Positions 40,736 through 50,050 of a DNA stretch of 64,000 bases are shown here, in pieces. Numbering within the stretch: position 1 is the stretch's first letter; every line of letters begins with the position of its first letter. Origin of the DNA: Escherichia coli phage Shin27. The DNA lies in sequence record LC788709.1. One strand, given 5' to 3'. The position numbers and the translations under genes are program-made. A model generated the notes under the pieces. It was given only the letters and a program-made list of their open reading frames with translations. It did not search any database and was not told where the DNA came from.

Positions 40736-41201
40736 CTTTCTTTAACTCCTGTTTTAACTTTTGATCTTTATTATACCAAATTATGTGCTCACCGTCAACT
40801 ACAAATTTGTGGAAAGGTGCTGGTACGGTGTACACTCCATATTCTGTTAAGCGTGTCACAACTTTATGTGCACATAATCGGCAACCATGTCCTTCTAAGT
40901 GAGACCGTGCAGTTTGCAAGAAGTAACCATCATGATCTGGACAATAGATCTCAACTTGCTGTTGCATAGTTCTATACTTAACTCTCTCGTATCCAAAGAA
41001 CTTACCATGTGCTTCTACAGCTCTCCTGATAAAGATTAGATTAAGTGCATCTTGCTGGAAGTCTGGATGAAGTTGTTTGAGTTTAATTCTATTAATAGAT
41101 CCATCTGATTTAGTGAATCTATTTATGGGAAACTGTAATGCTTCCTCATAAAGTAATTCGTTTATTTTATCTCTCATAGTATACACGAAAGGCCAGAACA
41201 A
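40659..41201 (-). CDS. hypothetical protein (Cys/His-containing)
   Basis: 180-aa ORF; HEGHGCRLC motif; 3' end overlaps next ORF. Confidence 0.4.
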   Translation of the reverse strand: MFWPFVYTMRDKINELLYEEALQFPINRFTKSDGSINRIKLKQLHPDFQQDALNLIFIRRAVEAHGKFFGYERVKYRTMQQQVEIYCPDHDGYFLQTARSHLEGHGCRLCAHKVVTRLTEYGVYTVPAPFHKFVVDGEHIIWYNKDQKLKQELKKDGVRSLVKPLSSTLSQTVQDDVGKE

Positions 41202-41222
41202 TTAAGTCCTGGCCTCTAGAAA

Positions 41223-41645
41223 TTAGGTAGCGTCAATGCTCACTAAATCCGTTATAAATTCACCTGATTCCATAGGGATAGAGATCGCAGGGTCACATTC
41301 ACAGGAGGTTATCCATTCGTCCCATTTACTATCAAGTAAAGAGATAAAGCTATCAGGACTTCCTCTTTCTTTATACCTAGCTAAATATTCTTCTTTTAGC
41401 TCTCGTTCTGGATAAAGCAAAATAAAATCTATTCCAGCAGCATGAAGAGCATCTCGTACTTCTTTATGGCTAGAAACTAAGATCAGTTTACCTTCTTCTA
41501 TAGCTTGTGAAATGTGCTCAATATAGTTTGCTGGAAAGTTATCCTTCGGGAACTTAGAAGAATCCGAATCTAGTACACGTGGAAAACACTTAGTGAAGTA
41601 AGTCTTACCGCACCCTGGAAAAGCAGATATAACATTAAATTGCAT
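41223..41645 (-). CDS. P-loop NTPase-like small protein
   Basis: 140-aa ORF with Walker A-like FPGCGKT at N-terminus. Confidence 0.45.
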   Translation of the reverse strand: MQFNVISAFPGCGKTYFTKCFPRVLDSDSSKFPKDNFPANYIEHISQAIEEGKLILVSSHKEVRDALHAAGIDFILLYPERELKEEYLARYKERGSPDSFISLLDSKWDEWITSCECDPAISIPMESGEFITDLVSIDAT

Positions 41646-41655
41646 AATTATTTCC

Positions 41656-42039
41656 TTAATGAAGTTGCTTGCCGTTTAAGGCCATATCAGCGGTTTCCAG
41701 AAGAGATTCAGTAATCTCACGAGAAACTAGATATTCATCAATTGAGTGGCGGCGTTTGCAGGCATAAGCATTAACAATCAGATCTAGAGCACCAAGAACA
41801 TCATGAATAGTTACTTCTTCATCCTTGTCTAACTCTTCTTTGGTAATCTCAATTAACTGGCCAACTGCCATTAAAAGCCCAAGAATATCTGCTGTTTCGC
41901 CTGCCACCAGCGGATTAGCACATCCTACTGTAAGATCGAAAGCATGATTGACAATTGACTGCCCATCAACGCTTCCTTCCTCAATCTGCTTCTCCAACTG
42001 CTTCATCTGCTCTAGCACTGGATTTTTCTTTTGTGTCAT
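41656..42039 (-). CDS. hypothetical protein
   Basis: ORF trimmed to internal ATG with AGGAAA RBS; ORF track gives 41656..42105. Confidence 0.4.
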   Translation of the reverse strand: MTQKKNPVLEQMKQLEKQIEEGSVDGQSIVNHAFDLTVGCANPLVAGETADILGLLMAVGQLIEITKEELDKDEEVTIHDVLGALDLIVNAYACKRRHSIDEYLVSREITESLLETADMALNGKQLH

Positions 42040-42448
42040 GGTAAAGATTTCCTGTATCAGTTGGAAGGAATGCCGATTGTGCCTTCGGCGGATGTTGTTT
42101 AGCAATCCAGTTGAGGATCAGTACACGGCTAGGAACGATATCGGTATTATACCAGAAATCATGAACCCAATGTCGTGCATTTTCAAACTTACCGAACTTA
42201 TACGCTTTCTTGAACAGCTCAAAACCAAAACAGTCAGGTGCAAAATCTACATCACGATAAGGAATTACCTTAGATCCGGTGAGATCTTGAATCGCTGCGT
42301 TAATCTCTGTATGCGAGAACTTCGTTTCATGGAAAGTATTAAAGAAGCGGTAATTAAAACGTCCGTTCGTTTCGACAAACAACTGGATGAATAAATCATT
42401 AAATTGGCCATCAAACCAGTAATTCTGTAATCTTTGCAGTGCTGTCAT
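41981..42448 (-). CDS. hypothetical protein
   Basis: 155-aa ORF. Confidence 0.4.
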   Translation of the reverse strand: MTALQRLQNYWFDGQFNDLFIQLFVETNGRFNYRFFNTFHETKFSHTEINAAIQDLTGSKVIPYRDVDFAPDCFGFELFKKAYKFGKFENARHWVHDFWYNTDIVPSRVLILNWIAKQHPPKAQSAFLPTDTGNLYHDTKEKSSARADEAVGEAD

Positions 42449-42645
42449 TTACGAACCCCATTTATTGCTGCGATAACGCCTTCATACATGAAAGGAAGAA
42501 CTTGTGAAATGTGGAAATCTTGGACTGTCCAACCAGCTTCTTGATACATAATGTTAATGATTGCACAACTTAACATAAAAGCTGGTAGAATTATAAAGTA
42601 ATCCCACGTTGCTTTCTGCAAGTTAGGGTTATAAAAATTAATCAT
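42445..42645 (-). CDS. small membrane protein
   Basis: 66-aa ORF with TM helices. Confidence 0.35.
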   Translation of the reverse strand: MINFYNPNLQKATWDYFIILPAFMLSCAIINIMYQEAGWTVQDFHISQVLPFMYEGVIAAINGVRK

Positions 42646-42745
42646 CTGTTTTTAAGTCTCCGTATTACTTTGGCCTGCTCAACGATTATGAAAGCGGCAA
42701 CCACTAAACCGAAGATTAGGATTGCCGTAACAGTTGTTAAATCAA

Positions 42746-43078
42746 TCAAGGCAGACGCCAAATATAATGGGCTGTCCAAAGTGTTTCTGGTTCATCGTCA
42801 TGATGCATCACTAGGGACTCTGGAGAATAACTATTAGCCAGTTCTTTACGAACCATCTCACGTTCTTCGCCAGTTTCAATATTTTTAACAATCACTTTCA
42901 TATTAAGAGGAGTTAGCTCAGAAAGTGGTCGCCATAAGTCTTCCAGATCTGTTTTAGTTTTATTCTGGATGGATTGCAAGACTTCTAGTGTCTGAGGATC
43001 TACATTAATAAACCCACGTTCAGTAACAAAACCTAGAAACTCGTCCAGCAGGGTTAATTCACTAAAATTAAGCTTCAT
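42746..43078 (-). CDS. hypothetical protein
   Basis: 110-aa ORF. Confidence 0.4.
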   Translation of the reverse strand: MKLNFSELTLLDEFLGFVTERGFINVDPQTLEVLQSIQNKTKTDLEDLWRPLSELTPLNMKVIVKNIETGEEREMVRKELANSYSPESLVMHHDDEPETLWTAHYIWRLP

Positions 43079-43313
43079 CTTTCAGAATATCCTCGATCAT
43101 GTCAGAAGATTGCTGTAGTTCGTCTACAATGCGTTTAACGTCAGTTTTTGTCACTTTACAGGCCAACATCGTGAACAGCATTGCAACGATGATGATAGGA
43201 ACTGGCAGAACAAACAGTGCTACTTTAGCAACGTTCTTCGGGGTCCAGGTATGATACTTAGTAACCAGAACACCAACAATAACCAGATAAAAAGCTAAGA
43301 TAATTAACATCAT
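43068..43313 (-). CDS. small membrane protein
   Basis: 81-aa ORF with two TM helices. Confidence 0.35.
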   Translation of the reverse strand: MMLIILAFYLVIVGVLVTKYHTWTPKNVAKVALFVLPVPIIIVAMLFTMLACKVTKTDVKRIVDELQQSSDMIEDILKDEA

Positions 43314-43591
43314 TTCTTAATCTCCGTGATTACCTGAGCGCGCAGGACTTTAATAGGAAGTTTAGTGTTACCAACAAGAGTTTCAATATTCGTTAGCTTT
43401 TCTTTAAGAAGATCTGAGCGTCTTTGTGCTAATTCGATATCTTCTTCCTGTTCAACGAGACGTTTAACTAGCCCATCATTGGTGAGGCGCATCCTATCCA
43501 TATTTTTATTAGCATTAATAATGCCAATGATTCCACCAATTGCTGCTAAAGTCGTGAGAACCAGTAATCCAATTAAAATTTCTGTTATCAT
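43310..43591 (-). CDS. small membrane protein with coiled coil
   Basis: 93-aa ORF with N-terminal TM. Confidence 0.35.
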   Translation of the reverse strand: MITEILIGLLVLTTLAAIGGIIGIINANKNMDRMRLTNDGLVKRLVEQEEDIELAQRRSDLLKEKLTNIETLVGNTKLPIKVLRAQVITEIKK

Positions 43592-43995
43592 TTAAATACT
43601 CCATTAGCACACCACATGGATGGTGGGACTTCTTCTACATTTCCATAAAATTTGATCTTAAATAAGACACTACCTTTATTTTGGCAGAAAATCTTTCCTT
43701 CCTCTACCATAATTTTTGCTTGATTTGTGTCACCAGATCTTAAAACATCTATTACTGTAACCCCTGTAAATCTGGAGAATTGTTCATCAGCATATTCACC
43801 TTGTTGACGGTGTCTCTGCTCCATTTCCATGGCTGCTTTCTTTGCCTCTTCCCATTTATCCTTATGCTGGGTTGGGGCTTCCTTAACTTCTACTTTATCA
43901 CGCTGGTTAAGCATGAAATCGGTAACACCGAGTGTGATAGCTAGAGAGACTAGGGCATTCAGCCCTAGTACAAGTAAGAATTTTCCATTAGTCAT
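43588..43995 (-). CDS. membrane-anchored protein
   Basis: 135-aa ORF with N-terminal TM. Confidence 0.4.
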   Translation of the reverse strand: MTNGKFLLVLGLNALVSLAITLGVTDFMLNQRDKVEVKEAPTQHKDKWEEAKKAAMEMEQRHRQQGEYADEQFSRFTGVTVIDVLRSGDTNQAKIMVEEGKIFCQNKGSVLFKIKFYGNVEEVPPSMWCANGVFK

Positions 43996-44264
43996 TATTT
44001 CTTACCTTTCAGTTGCTTAACTTCACGCTCAAAAGATGCTGCACGACGTTCGGCAGTTGCCTGATGCTCTTTCGCAAAACGTGCTTCTTGTTTCGCAAGG
44101 TTGAATGCCATAGCATTCTTGTTCAGAGAATCATACATCTTTTTCATTGCCGGAATAGACATCTTCATGAGCTGACCTTCAAACCCTTGCATGTCCAACA
44201 GGATAGCCAATACGTTTGCCATTTCAGTTTTAGTCATGTTTTCCATTTGAACTTCCTCTCTCAT
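43995..44264 (-). CDS. hypothetical protein
   Basis: 89-aa ORF directly downstream of a T5-type promoter. Confidence 0.4.
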   Translation of the reverse strand: MREEVQMENMTKTEMANVLAILLDMQGFEGQLMKMSIPAMKKMYDSLNKNAMAFNLAKQEARFAKEHQATAERRAASFEREVKQLKGKK

Positions 44265-44278
44265 TAATTTATAAATAT

Positions 44279-44307
44279 ATTATATAAGATTTCTGGACAT
44301 TTAGCAA
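44279..44307 (-). promoter_or_regulatory. T5-type early promoter (TTGCTA-N17-TATAAT)
   Basis: minus-strand hexamers with 17-bp spacer and conserved AT-rich leader. Confidence 0.55.
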
Positions 44308-44312
44308 GTAAA

Positions 44313-44843
44313 TTATTTATTTAATTCTTCTAATGCTGGAAGCAACCCGCGAAAGACTTCCTTAACTGCTAGCTCTCCGTGAAGCTCTTCCCTTAGTATA
44401 TTAGCTGCTTCAACAGCTAAATTTAGATCTTGGTATCTAAAGTAGCCACCATGTACTGGAGTACTTTCAGAATTTCTGGCTTGGACTCTCCATTGCTGGA
44501 GATCTTTCTTCCAGCTAACCCCTAGATATCCAGAATTAGATTGTGCGACTTTATTACGATTATTTTCCTGAGATGTGGCATCCTTTAGATTACACCATCT
44601 GTTATCTTTTCTTATATTATTTAAGTGATGAACTAAACCTGGGATATAACCCTCCATATACAGGAAAGCTAATCTATGGGCTGCATATCTTTTTCTGTTT
44701 ATCCCGATAAATATATAACCATCTTTATCGGGACTGCCAGCGATAGCTCCAGCTTTAGCTCTACCCTTACTGACTTTCCTTATAAAGTCTCCTGTATCGG
44801 GATTATATTCAAATAGTTCTTTTAGTAGTTCTTGTGTTATCAT
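44313..44843 (-). CDS. HNH homing endonuclease (HNH_3/AP2-like)
   Basis: 176-aa ORF; motifs YAAHRLAF, HHLNNIRKDNRWCNL. Confidence 0.6.
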   Translation of the reverse strand: MITQELLKELFEYNPDTGDFIRKVSKGRAKAGAIAGSPDKDGYIFIGINRKRYAAHRLAFLYMEGYIPGLVHHLNNIRKDNRWCNLKDATSQENNRNKVAQSNSGYLGVSWKKDLQQWRVQARNSESTPVHGGYFRYQDLNLAVEAANILREELHGELAVKEVFRGLLPALEELNK

Positions 44844-45275
44844 TTACCAATCGTTAACGAAACCTGAGAACTCAGAAGCAAAGACTAACTCAAATTTCTC
44901 AGCAATTTCAGGATGATCTTTACAGATCAGTTCAATGCACTTCTCAGGTTCCATACCATCTTCTTCAGGATCACCGTAATACTTGTCCCAAAGATCATCA
45001 GGAATAACTTGCTCAGCTAGATCTTGGAAGTTCACTAACTGATAGCGTGGAGTATCCTCATTAATAAAGATCTCATGCAATTCCTCAGATACTTCTCCCT
45101 TATAATCGGAAATTAGCAGAGCATTGCAAGCAAAACATTCCCACATCATCAAACGCTCAGAAATCGGGTTCGATTTGTCTTGAACATAGGACTGAAAGAC
45201 TGCCTTAAAAGTAGCTTTAACTTGCTCAAACTTATCTGCTGTTGCGATTAAAAGTGCTTTATCAATCTTTTGCAT
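44844..45275 (-). CDS. hypothetical acidic protein
   Basis: 143-aa ORF downstream of a T5-type promoter. Confidence 0.45.
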   Translation of the reverse strand: MQKIDKALLIATADKFEQVKATFKAVFQSYVQDKSNPISERLMMWECFACNALLISDYKGEVSEELHEIFINEDTPRYQLVNFQDLAEQVIPDDLWDKYYGDPEEDGMEPEKCIELICKDHPEIAEKFELVFASEFSGFVNDW

Positions 45276-45305
45276 TTTGATTCCTTCTCATCAATTTATA
45301 AAGTA

Positions 45306-45334
45306 ATTATACAGAAAACTAAGCATTTTAGCAA
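45306..45334 (-). promoter_or_regulatory. T5-type early promoter (TTGCTA-N17-TATAAT)
   Basis: as above, upstream of 44844..45275. Confidence 0.55.
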
Positions 45335-45436
45335 ATGAAGTTTTAAAATAAAAGGCCTAAGCCTAGGCCCGTAAAGAAAGAGATAAGAACTACTATCCCT
45401 ATTGCTATAAATATCTCACGAGCCATGCCATCAAAA

Positions 45437-46027
45437 TCAAACATTGATATCTCCCCTCAATACCGCTGCCACATCTTCATCGATTTGGAGTATTTCACCA
45501 GTAGTGCAGTTAACCACTTTATCATAGCTTGTGAACTTGCCAGACACAATATCCTCTAGAGGAATAGGAGTCTTGCTCATCTCAAAAGAGACGTTGATAT
45601 AACGTGGGTCACGCACAGAATTGGTGTGCACATGTCCGTGAATGTTTAGCTTACCACGAAGTTCTGCTTCGTGCAATGGACAATGTGACAGCCAAAACTT
45701 CTTGCCACCACCTGTTTGCTTACCTAGAGCCTGAATATCATCATAAACGTCTACAAGATCTTTAATACGCAGACCCTGACGTTCAGCATCGTGGTTGCCC
45801 ATGATTAATTGGTTAGGCACATTGTAGATAACCGACTTCAATTTAGCCAACCCTTCACGCCCCACGGCAATATCTCCTAGCAATACAAGTTTTGTACGCT
45901 TGCCAATGTGCTTGGACAAAGTATCTAGGATATATTCATCGTGCTCTTTCCTGTTCTTAAACCACGGACGGAAGCGAAGAGTTCCAGGATGGTCTAGGTG
46001 CAAATCCGACCAGAATTTAACTTTCAT
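45437..46027 (-). CDS. calcineurin-like metallophosphoesterase
   Basis: 196-aa ORF with DLHLDH, GDIAVG, GNHD, GHVH motifs. Confidence 0.55.
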   Translation of the reverse strand: MKVKFWSDLHLDHPGTLRFRPWFKNRKEHDEYILDTLSKHIGKRTKLVLLGDIAVGREGLAKLKSVIYNVPNQLIMGNHDAERQGLRIKDLVDVYDDIQALGKQTGGGKKFWLSHCPLHEAELRGKLNIHGHVHTNSVRDPRYINVSFEMSKTPIPLEDIVSGKFTSYDKVVNCTTGEILQIDEDVAAVLRGDINV

Positions 46028-46233
46028 TACTTATTCCTTACACAAGTTGAGGTAATAGTATAACTATCGTAGAATATACCTTTTGTGAGTCCAATTTGGA
46101 TGCTGGAATTATCCAGCTTACCTCCAGCTACGTCACACAAGTGTCTAGTATCTTCTGCGGTGAATCTCATACTATTATCATAAGGATCACATCCAGCTAG
46201 TATTAGTACTGATACTAGTAGTAATCTCTTCAT
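46027..46233 (-). CDS. small lipoprotein
   Basis: 68-aa ORF with signal peptide and lipobox LAGC. Confidence 0.4.
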   Translation of the reverse strand: MKRLLLVSVLILAGCDPYDNSMRFTAEDTRHLCDVAGGKLDNSSIQIGLTKGIFYDSYTITSTCVRNK

Positions 46234-46601
46234 TACAGAACTTCCTCCGCATATTTATTCCAACCCTGACAATAACTACTAATACCACGAAGTTTGAATA
46301 TTTCATCATAAACCTCATGGTGCTCTTTTGCTTCTTGATATCCTTTGTCAAGTTCTTCTTGTCGTGCTTGCTCAAAATCAACACGATTCTCTAGCATTTT
46401 CCAGACTTTTTCATACTCTGGCCAGTCATGCTCTACCACAACGGTTTTGAGATCCTCTTTTCCACGTTGTGCTCGACTATACCACAGTTTGGATAAGATA
46501 TGTTCCAAAGTGGTAAAGTTGCTTTGAGTGATATGCCCTAATTCTAGGGCTTTCTCAATATCAGACAACTTTATAACTACATAACGTTCTTCACGTTCCA
46601 T
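46233..46601 (-). CDS. hypothetical protein
   Basis: 122-aa ORF. Confidence 0.4.
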   Translation of the reverse strand: MEREERYVVIKLSDIEKALELGHITQSNFTTLEHILSKLWYSRAQRGKEDLKTVVVEHDWPEYEKVWKMLENRVDFEQARQEELDKGYQEAKEHHEVYDEIFKLRGISSYCQGWNKYAEEVL

Positions 46602-47464
46602 TATAGAATCCTCTGTACACCACAGCTATCATTTTTATCTGTGGTAAATGTCAAGATCTTACCAGCTTCATCATTAACTTGCGCAACCGTCAACTGCCCG
46701 TTGAAAACACCGCCAGTATCGAGATAAACACGGTTCTTGTACAGAATTGGGTAAGGAACACCAGTGTGGCCATGGAATACGAAATCTACACTTTCAACTT
46801 CTGGCACTTCCACAGTCAGTTCATCTTTAAATCCTGCATAACGCTGGAAATAGGGGTGCTCTGCACCTTGCTTAGACAGATGAAAACCAATTTCCTGAAT
46901 TACATCACGATCCCATAGATATGGCTCAATGTAATAACTAGGATGATCATTAGGATCATTTTCACTTGCAGCGATATGATCAATAATATCATCCCAATTA
47001 GGTGTATGTACATCGAATCCCGCATCTTTATACTGGAATGGTATTCCACCATGAACAACACCATATTTCTTGCCACGATGGAGTACAGTCATGAATACTG
47101 GCATTTTAACTGCCATATCTTCTGCGATACCTTTAATTGTATCGGTATCTAGATCATTCATTGCCCACATTCCACCATTATACATCCAGTTGGCGTAGTC
47201 ACCAGCAATCATAAACTGATCATGGTTGCCACGAACGCTGCGGAAGCGTGGGTTATATAAGAATTTGGCTAGAACCTGTAAGTTCTGCGGGCCACGGTCA
47301 ATTAAGTCGCCAACACAGACAACATAGTCACGCTTCTCTTTATATCCTGCTAGTTTAAGAGCATCTTCCAGCATATCATTACAGCCGTGAATATCTCCTA
47401 CGAAGAACAGGTTAACATCGTCTGGTACTACTAACATTTCATGCAGGTTAAATTCTTTTTTCAT
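46601..47464 (-). CDS. Ser/Thr protein phosphatase (PPP family)
   Basis: 287-aa ORF with GDIHGC, GDLIDRG, GNHD motifs. Confidence 0.7.
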   Translation of the reverse strand: MKKEFNLHEMLVVPDDVNLFFVGDIHGCNDMLEDALKLAGYKEKRDYVVCVGDLIDRGPQNLQVLAKFLYNPRFRSVRGNHDQFMIAGDYANWMYNGGMWAMNDLDTDTIKGIAEDMAVKMPVFMTVLHRGKKYGVVHGGIPFQYKDAGFDVHTPNWDDIIDHIAASENDPNDHPSYYIEPYLWDRDVIQEIGFHLSKQGAEHPYFQRYAGFKDELTVEVPEVESVDFVFHGHTGVPYPILYKNRVYLDTGGVFNGQLTVAQVNDEAGKILTFTTDKNDSCGVQRIL

Positions 47465-47495
47465 TATCTGGTTCCTTTCTCAAGTTTATAGGTAT

Positions 47496-47524
47496 ATTAT
47501 ATCAAAATTTTAAGCGTTTAGCAA
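47496..47524 (-). promoter_or_regulatory. T5-type early promoter (TTGCTA-N17-TATAAT)
   Basis: immediately after terminator 47527-47557, upstream of phosphatase gene. Confidence 0.55.
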
Positions 47525-47526
47525 AT

Positions 47527-47557
47527 AAAGAAAAACCCAGATCAGCTAAGATCTGGG
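47527..47557 (-). terminator. rho-independent terminator
   Basis: hairpin CCCAGATC-AGCTAA-GATCTGGG followed by U-run on minus strand. Confidence 0.6.
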
Positions 47558-47566
47558 TTGGATTTA

Positions 47567-47857
47567 TTAATCTTCTGGATTATCTTCCAGGAAGTTTTTG
47601 ATTGCATCGTGCATAGTTTCCTTACGAAGCTGACGACCAATCAGAATGTGGTTGGCTTCCACACGACCATTCGGTAGACGATCTGCTAGAACTACTACAG
47701 GAACTTGTCTAACACCGAACTTCTGCATAAGTTCTGTATTATCAGTCTCTTTATGAACTTCTAGACTGTAGCCCTGTACTACTTTATCGAATACAGGCTC
47801 GAAAAGTTTACATGGGTTGCAAGTGGAACCTTTTAATAGATATATTAATTTACTCAT
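47567..47857 (-). CDS. thioredoxin/glutaredoxin-like protein
   Basis: 96-aa ORF with CNPC redox motif near N-terminus. Confidence 0.5.
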   Translation of the reverse strand: MSKLIYLLKGSTCNPCKLFEPVFDKVVQGYSLEVHKETDNTELMQKFGVRQVPVVVLADRLPNGRVEANHILIGRQLRKETMHDAIKNFLEDNPED

Positions 47858-48260
47858 GTTTATTAATGGCCTCCAAAAAGCCTTTCATTACCTTGACAGT
47901 TGCAGTGCTAAGATCTAAGGTAGCACCTAAGCACTCGGATACAGCAGCTTGATAAGGGGCTTTTAGCCTGCCTTCCGGTACTTGTACTTTCTTATAGGTT
48001 TTCTTCTTGACTTTATCCAGCATCGTTTCAAGAACATTGAGAGGCAACTTCTGACCTTCAATATTCACGCCAAGCTCTTCCATTAGCATGGTATTTAAGT
48101 CAATACGAGTAAGTTTCTTGCCCTTGCTAGACATACGAATTCCCGCCTTTTTCTCAAGTTTTGCACGCTCTGGTGAATCGAGGTCACGTAATGCGATGTT
48201 CAATTCATACGGAGCCATATTGTAATGGTTAGCCATCTGAGTATAGTAACGATCTGACAT
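47850..48260 (-). CDS. hypothetical protein
   Basis: 136-aa ORF. Confidence 0.4.
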   Translation of the reverse strand: MSDRYYTQMANHYNMAPYELNIALRDLDSPERAKLEKKAGIRMSSKGKKLTRIDLNTMLMEELGVNIEGQKLPLNVLETMLDKVKKKTYKKVQVPEGRLKAPYQAAVSECLGATLDLSTATVKVMKGFLEAINKHE

Positions 48261-48293
48261 TTGTGAAACTCCTCTGATTCAATTTATATAAAT

Positions 48294-48322
48294 ATTATAT
48301 AAAAATTTCAGCGGAAAGTCAA
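48294..48322 (-). promoter_or_regulatory. T5-type early promoter (TTGACT-N17-TATAAT)
   Basis: upstream of 47850..48260. Confidence 0.55.
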
Positions 48323-48335
48323 CTACTTTTTTATA

Positions 48336-48752
48336 TTAGTGTGCTTGATGTGGGAATCTCTTCCTAACTAAGTACATAGTTATTGGATATATTGAATACA
48401 TAAGTATAGGGGAGAAAAGGGTGAAATAAGCCGTGACTCCCCCAGCTAACATTAGTGGTATCAATGCTAGAGTAAGGGCCATAAGAATCATACCGAATGA
48501 GACAGCCAGGGCTACTGTGATGCAGTTCTCTAACTCCATCCAAAGCCAACAATATTTCGTATTCCTCTGGCAGTTGCATTTGCAAACGCCGAATGTGCCC
48601 ATAATTATATACTCTAGCCCATGAACGACTTTCTTTAATGTATCATTTTGGGTAACTAGTGCGACAACAGTGAGAATTATCATTAAGATGAAAATTACTA
48701 GGCTTATTTTCCATATTCCTAGTAATATCATGGTGAATAGTTCTGCAAACAT
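48336..48752 (-). CDS. multi-pass membrane protein (lysis-associated candidate)
   Basis: 138-aa ORF with 3-4 TM helices and a Cys cluster; adjacent to endolysin. Confidence 0.4.
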   Translation of the reverse strand: MFAELFTMILLGIWKISLVIFILMIILTVVALVTQNDTLKKVVHGLEYIIMGTFGVCKCNCQRNTKYCWLWMELENCITVALAVSFGMILMALTLALIPLMLAGGVTAYFTLFSPILMYSIYPITMYLVRKRFPHQAH

Positions 48753-48827
48753 GGCTTTCTCCTATCATTAAGTTTTTAAAGCCCCCTTTGCTTTAAAAGG
48801 CGGGAATTACCCCGCCTTGATTTATTA

Positions 48828-49241
48828 TCAGACTAATTCTACGTGACCACCGTCGTAAGTACCACGATCGATCTCATCATGATAATCACCAGAACTATTC
48901 CAGTCGGCACCAAAACGAAGTTTGACACCAAGTTCCTTACCGGCTTGTTCAAAAGCCTTCTTAACAGCCCAAAATGCTTCCAGATCTTTCCAATCAATCT
49001 TTCCATTAATATATGGTGCAAAATCGATAGCGTCTCCAGTTACATGCTTACTCTTGCTAGGGTCTTTCAAAAATGAAGTACCATTAGCAATGTTTTGGGC
49101 ACTTTGTGCTACTGTACGAATACCCTGTACGATTGTGAAATCATATGGAGATAATTCTAAAGCCCTACGAGCTACCTTTTGTAGCTCGGGCTTAACAGTT
49201 GCTAATTGTTTTTCGCTATTTTTACCAAATTTAAAACTCAT
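48828..49241 (-). CDS. lys: endolysin, M15-type peptidoglycan peptidase (T5 Lys-like)
   Basis: 137-aa ORF with VanY/M15-like HVTGDAIDF and DGGHVE motifs; size equals T5 endolysin as recalled. Confidence 0.7.
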   Translation of the reverse strand: MSFKFGKNSEKQLATVKPELQKVARRALELSPYDFTIVQGIRTVAQSAQNIANGTSFLKDPSKSKHVTGDAIDFAPYINGKIDWKDLEAFWAVKKAFEQAGKELGVKLRFGADWNSSGDYHDEIDRGTYDGGHVELV

Positions 49242-49894
49242 ATAGATCTACCTAATGATCTCCGTTGTGGGGAACAGAGCTTTGCTAAGTACTCATTAAA
49301 TTGTTCCGAATCAGCTGTATCTACGGGTTTATCCTTCCATGCAATACCTATGTATCCAGCATAGATATTATTTAGGTTGAAATATGGACAAGTGTAGACG
49401 TAATTAAAAGTAATGTTCTTAAATGCTGGTATATTTGACCCAGTATATTTATTTACTTTTACACTTAAATCCGCAGCGTAGTTAAAGCCTTCCAGGTGAC
49501 GTCTATAAAGTTCAGACGTCTTATTTACTGCTTTATCGGCCAAGTCAGCCCTATCCAATTGCGCATTGCTTTCCCATGCAATAATGTTTGAATAATCATT
49601 TATAGCATCTGGTTTATACTTTACTACAAAAACGGCATCCGCACCAGTCTGGGAGAAAAGAACCATACTCTTTTCTCGTGCTACATTAGGAAAGTTATCT
49701 ATCCTTTGGGTTTGAACATCCTGTAAAACCGAAGACGTGGAGAAAGTCTTTAAAAATGACATCACCTCGCTAGTGTTACTTACAAACAAGAAAATAATGA
49801 CAGCAACTAAGATAGTTAGCAGACGTTTTAGTAGTGAAGCTGGATCTTTCGCTTCTTGTAGCAGTATCGTTAATAGTTGTATAAACTTTTCCAC
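49238..49894 (-). CDS. membrane protein upstream of endolysin (holin candidate)
   Basis: 218-aa ORF with single N-terminal TM; translationally coupled to endolysin. Confidence 0.4.
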   Translation of the reverse strand: MEKFIQLLTILLQEAKDPASLLKRLLTILVAVIIFLFVSNTSEVMSFLKTFSTSSVLQDVQTQRIDNFPNVAREKSMVLFSQTGADAVFVVKYKPDAINDYSNIIAWESNAQLDRADLADKAVNKTSELYRRHLEGFNYAADLSVKVNKYTGSNIPAFKNITFNYVYTCPYFNLNNIYAGYIGIAWKDKPVDTADSEQFNEYLAKLCSPQRRSLGRSI

Positions 49895-49917
49895 TTGTAA
49901 CCTCCTCTAACCACTAC

Positions 49918-49946
49918 CATTATACTAATTCTAGAGTAAAATTACA
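49918..49946 (-). promoter_or_regulatory. sigma70-type promoter (TTGTAA-N17-TATAAT) upstream of lysis cassette
   Basis: upstream of 49238..49894. Confidence 0.45.
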
Positions 49947-50007
49947 ATGTGTTTTTTAAGATCACTTCTGGAGCACAATTTTTTGTCGTTGTCAAGAAGA
50001 ATTTTAG

Positions 50008-50041
50008 GCAAAAGAAAAGCCAGAGTCGTTAAACTCTGGCT
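50008..50041 (-). terminator. rho-independent terminator after ClpP-like gene
   Basis: hairpin GCCAGAG-TCGTTAAAC-TCTGGC followed by U-run on minus strand. Confidence 0.55.
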
Positions 50042-50050
50042 TAAAACTAC

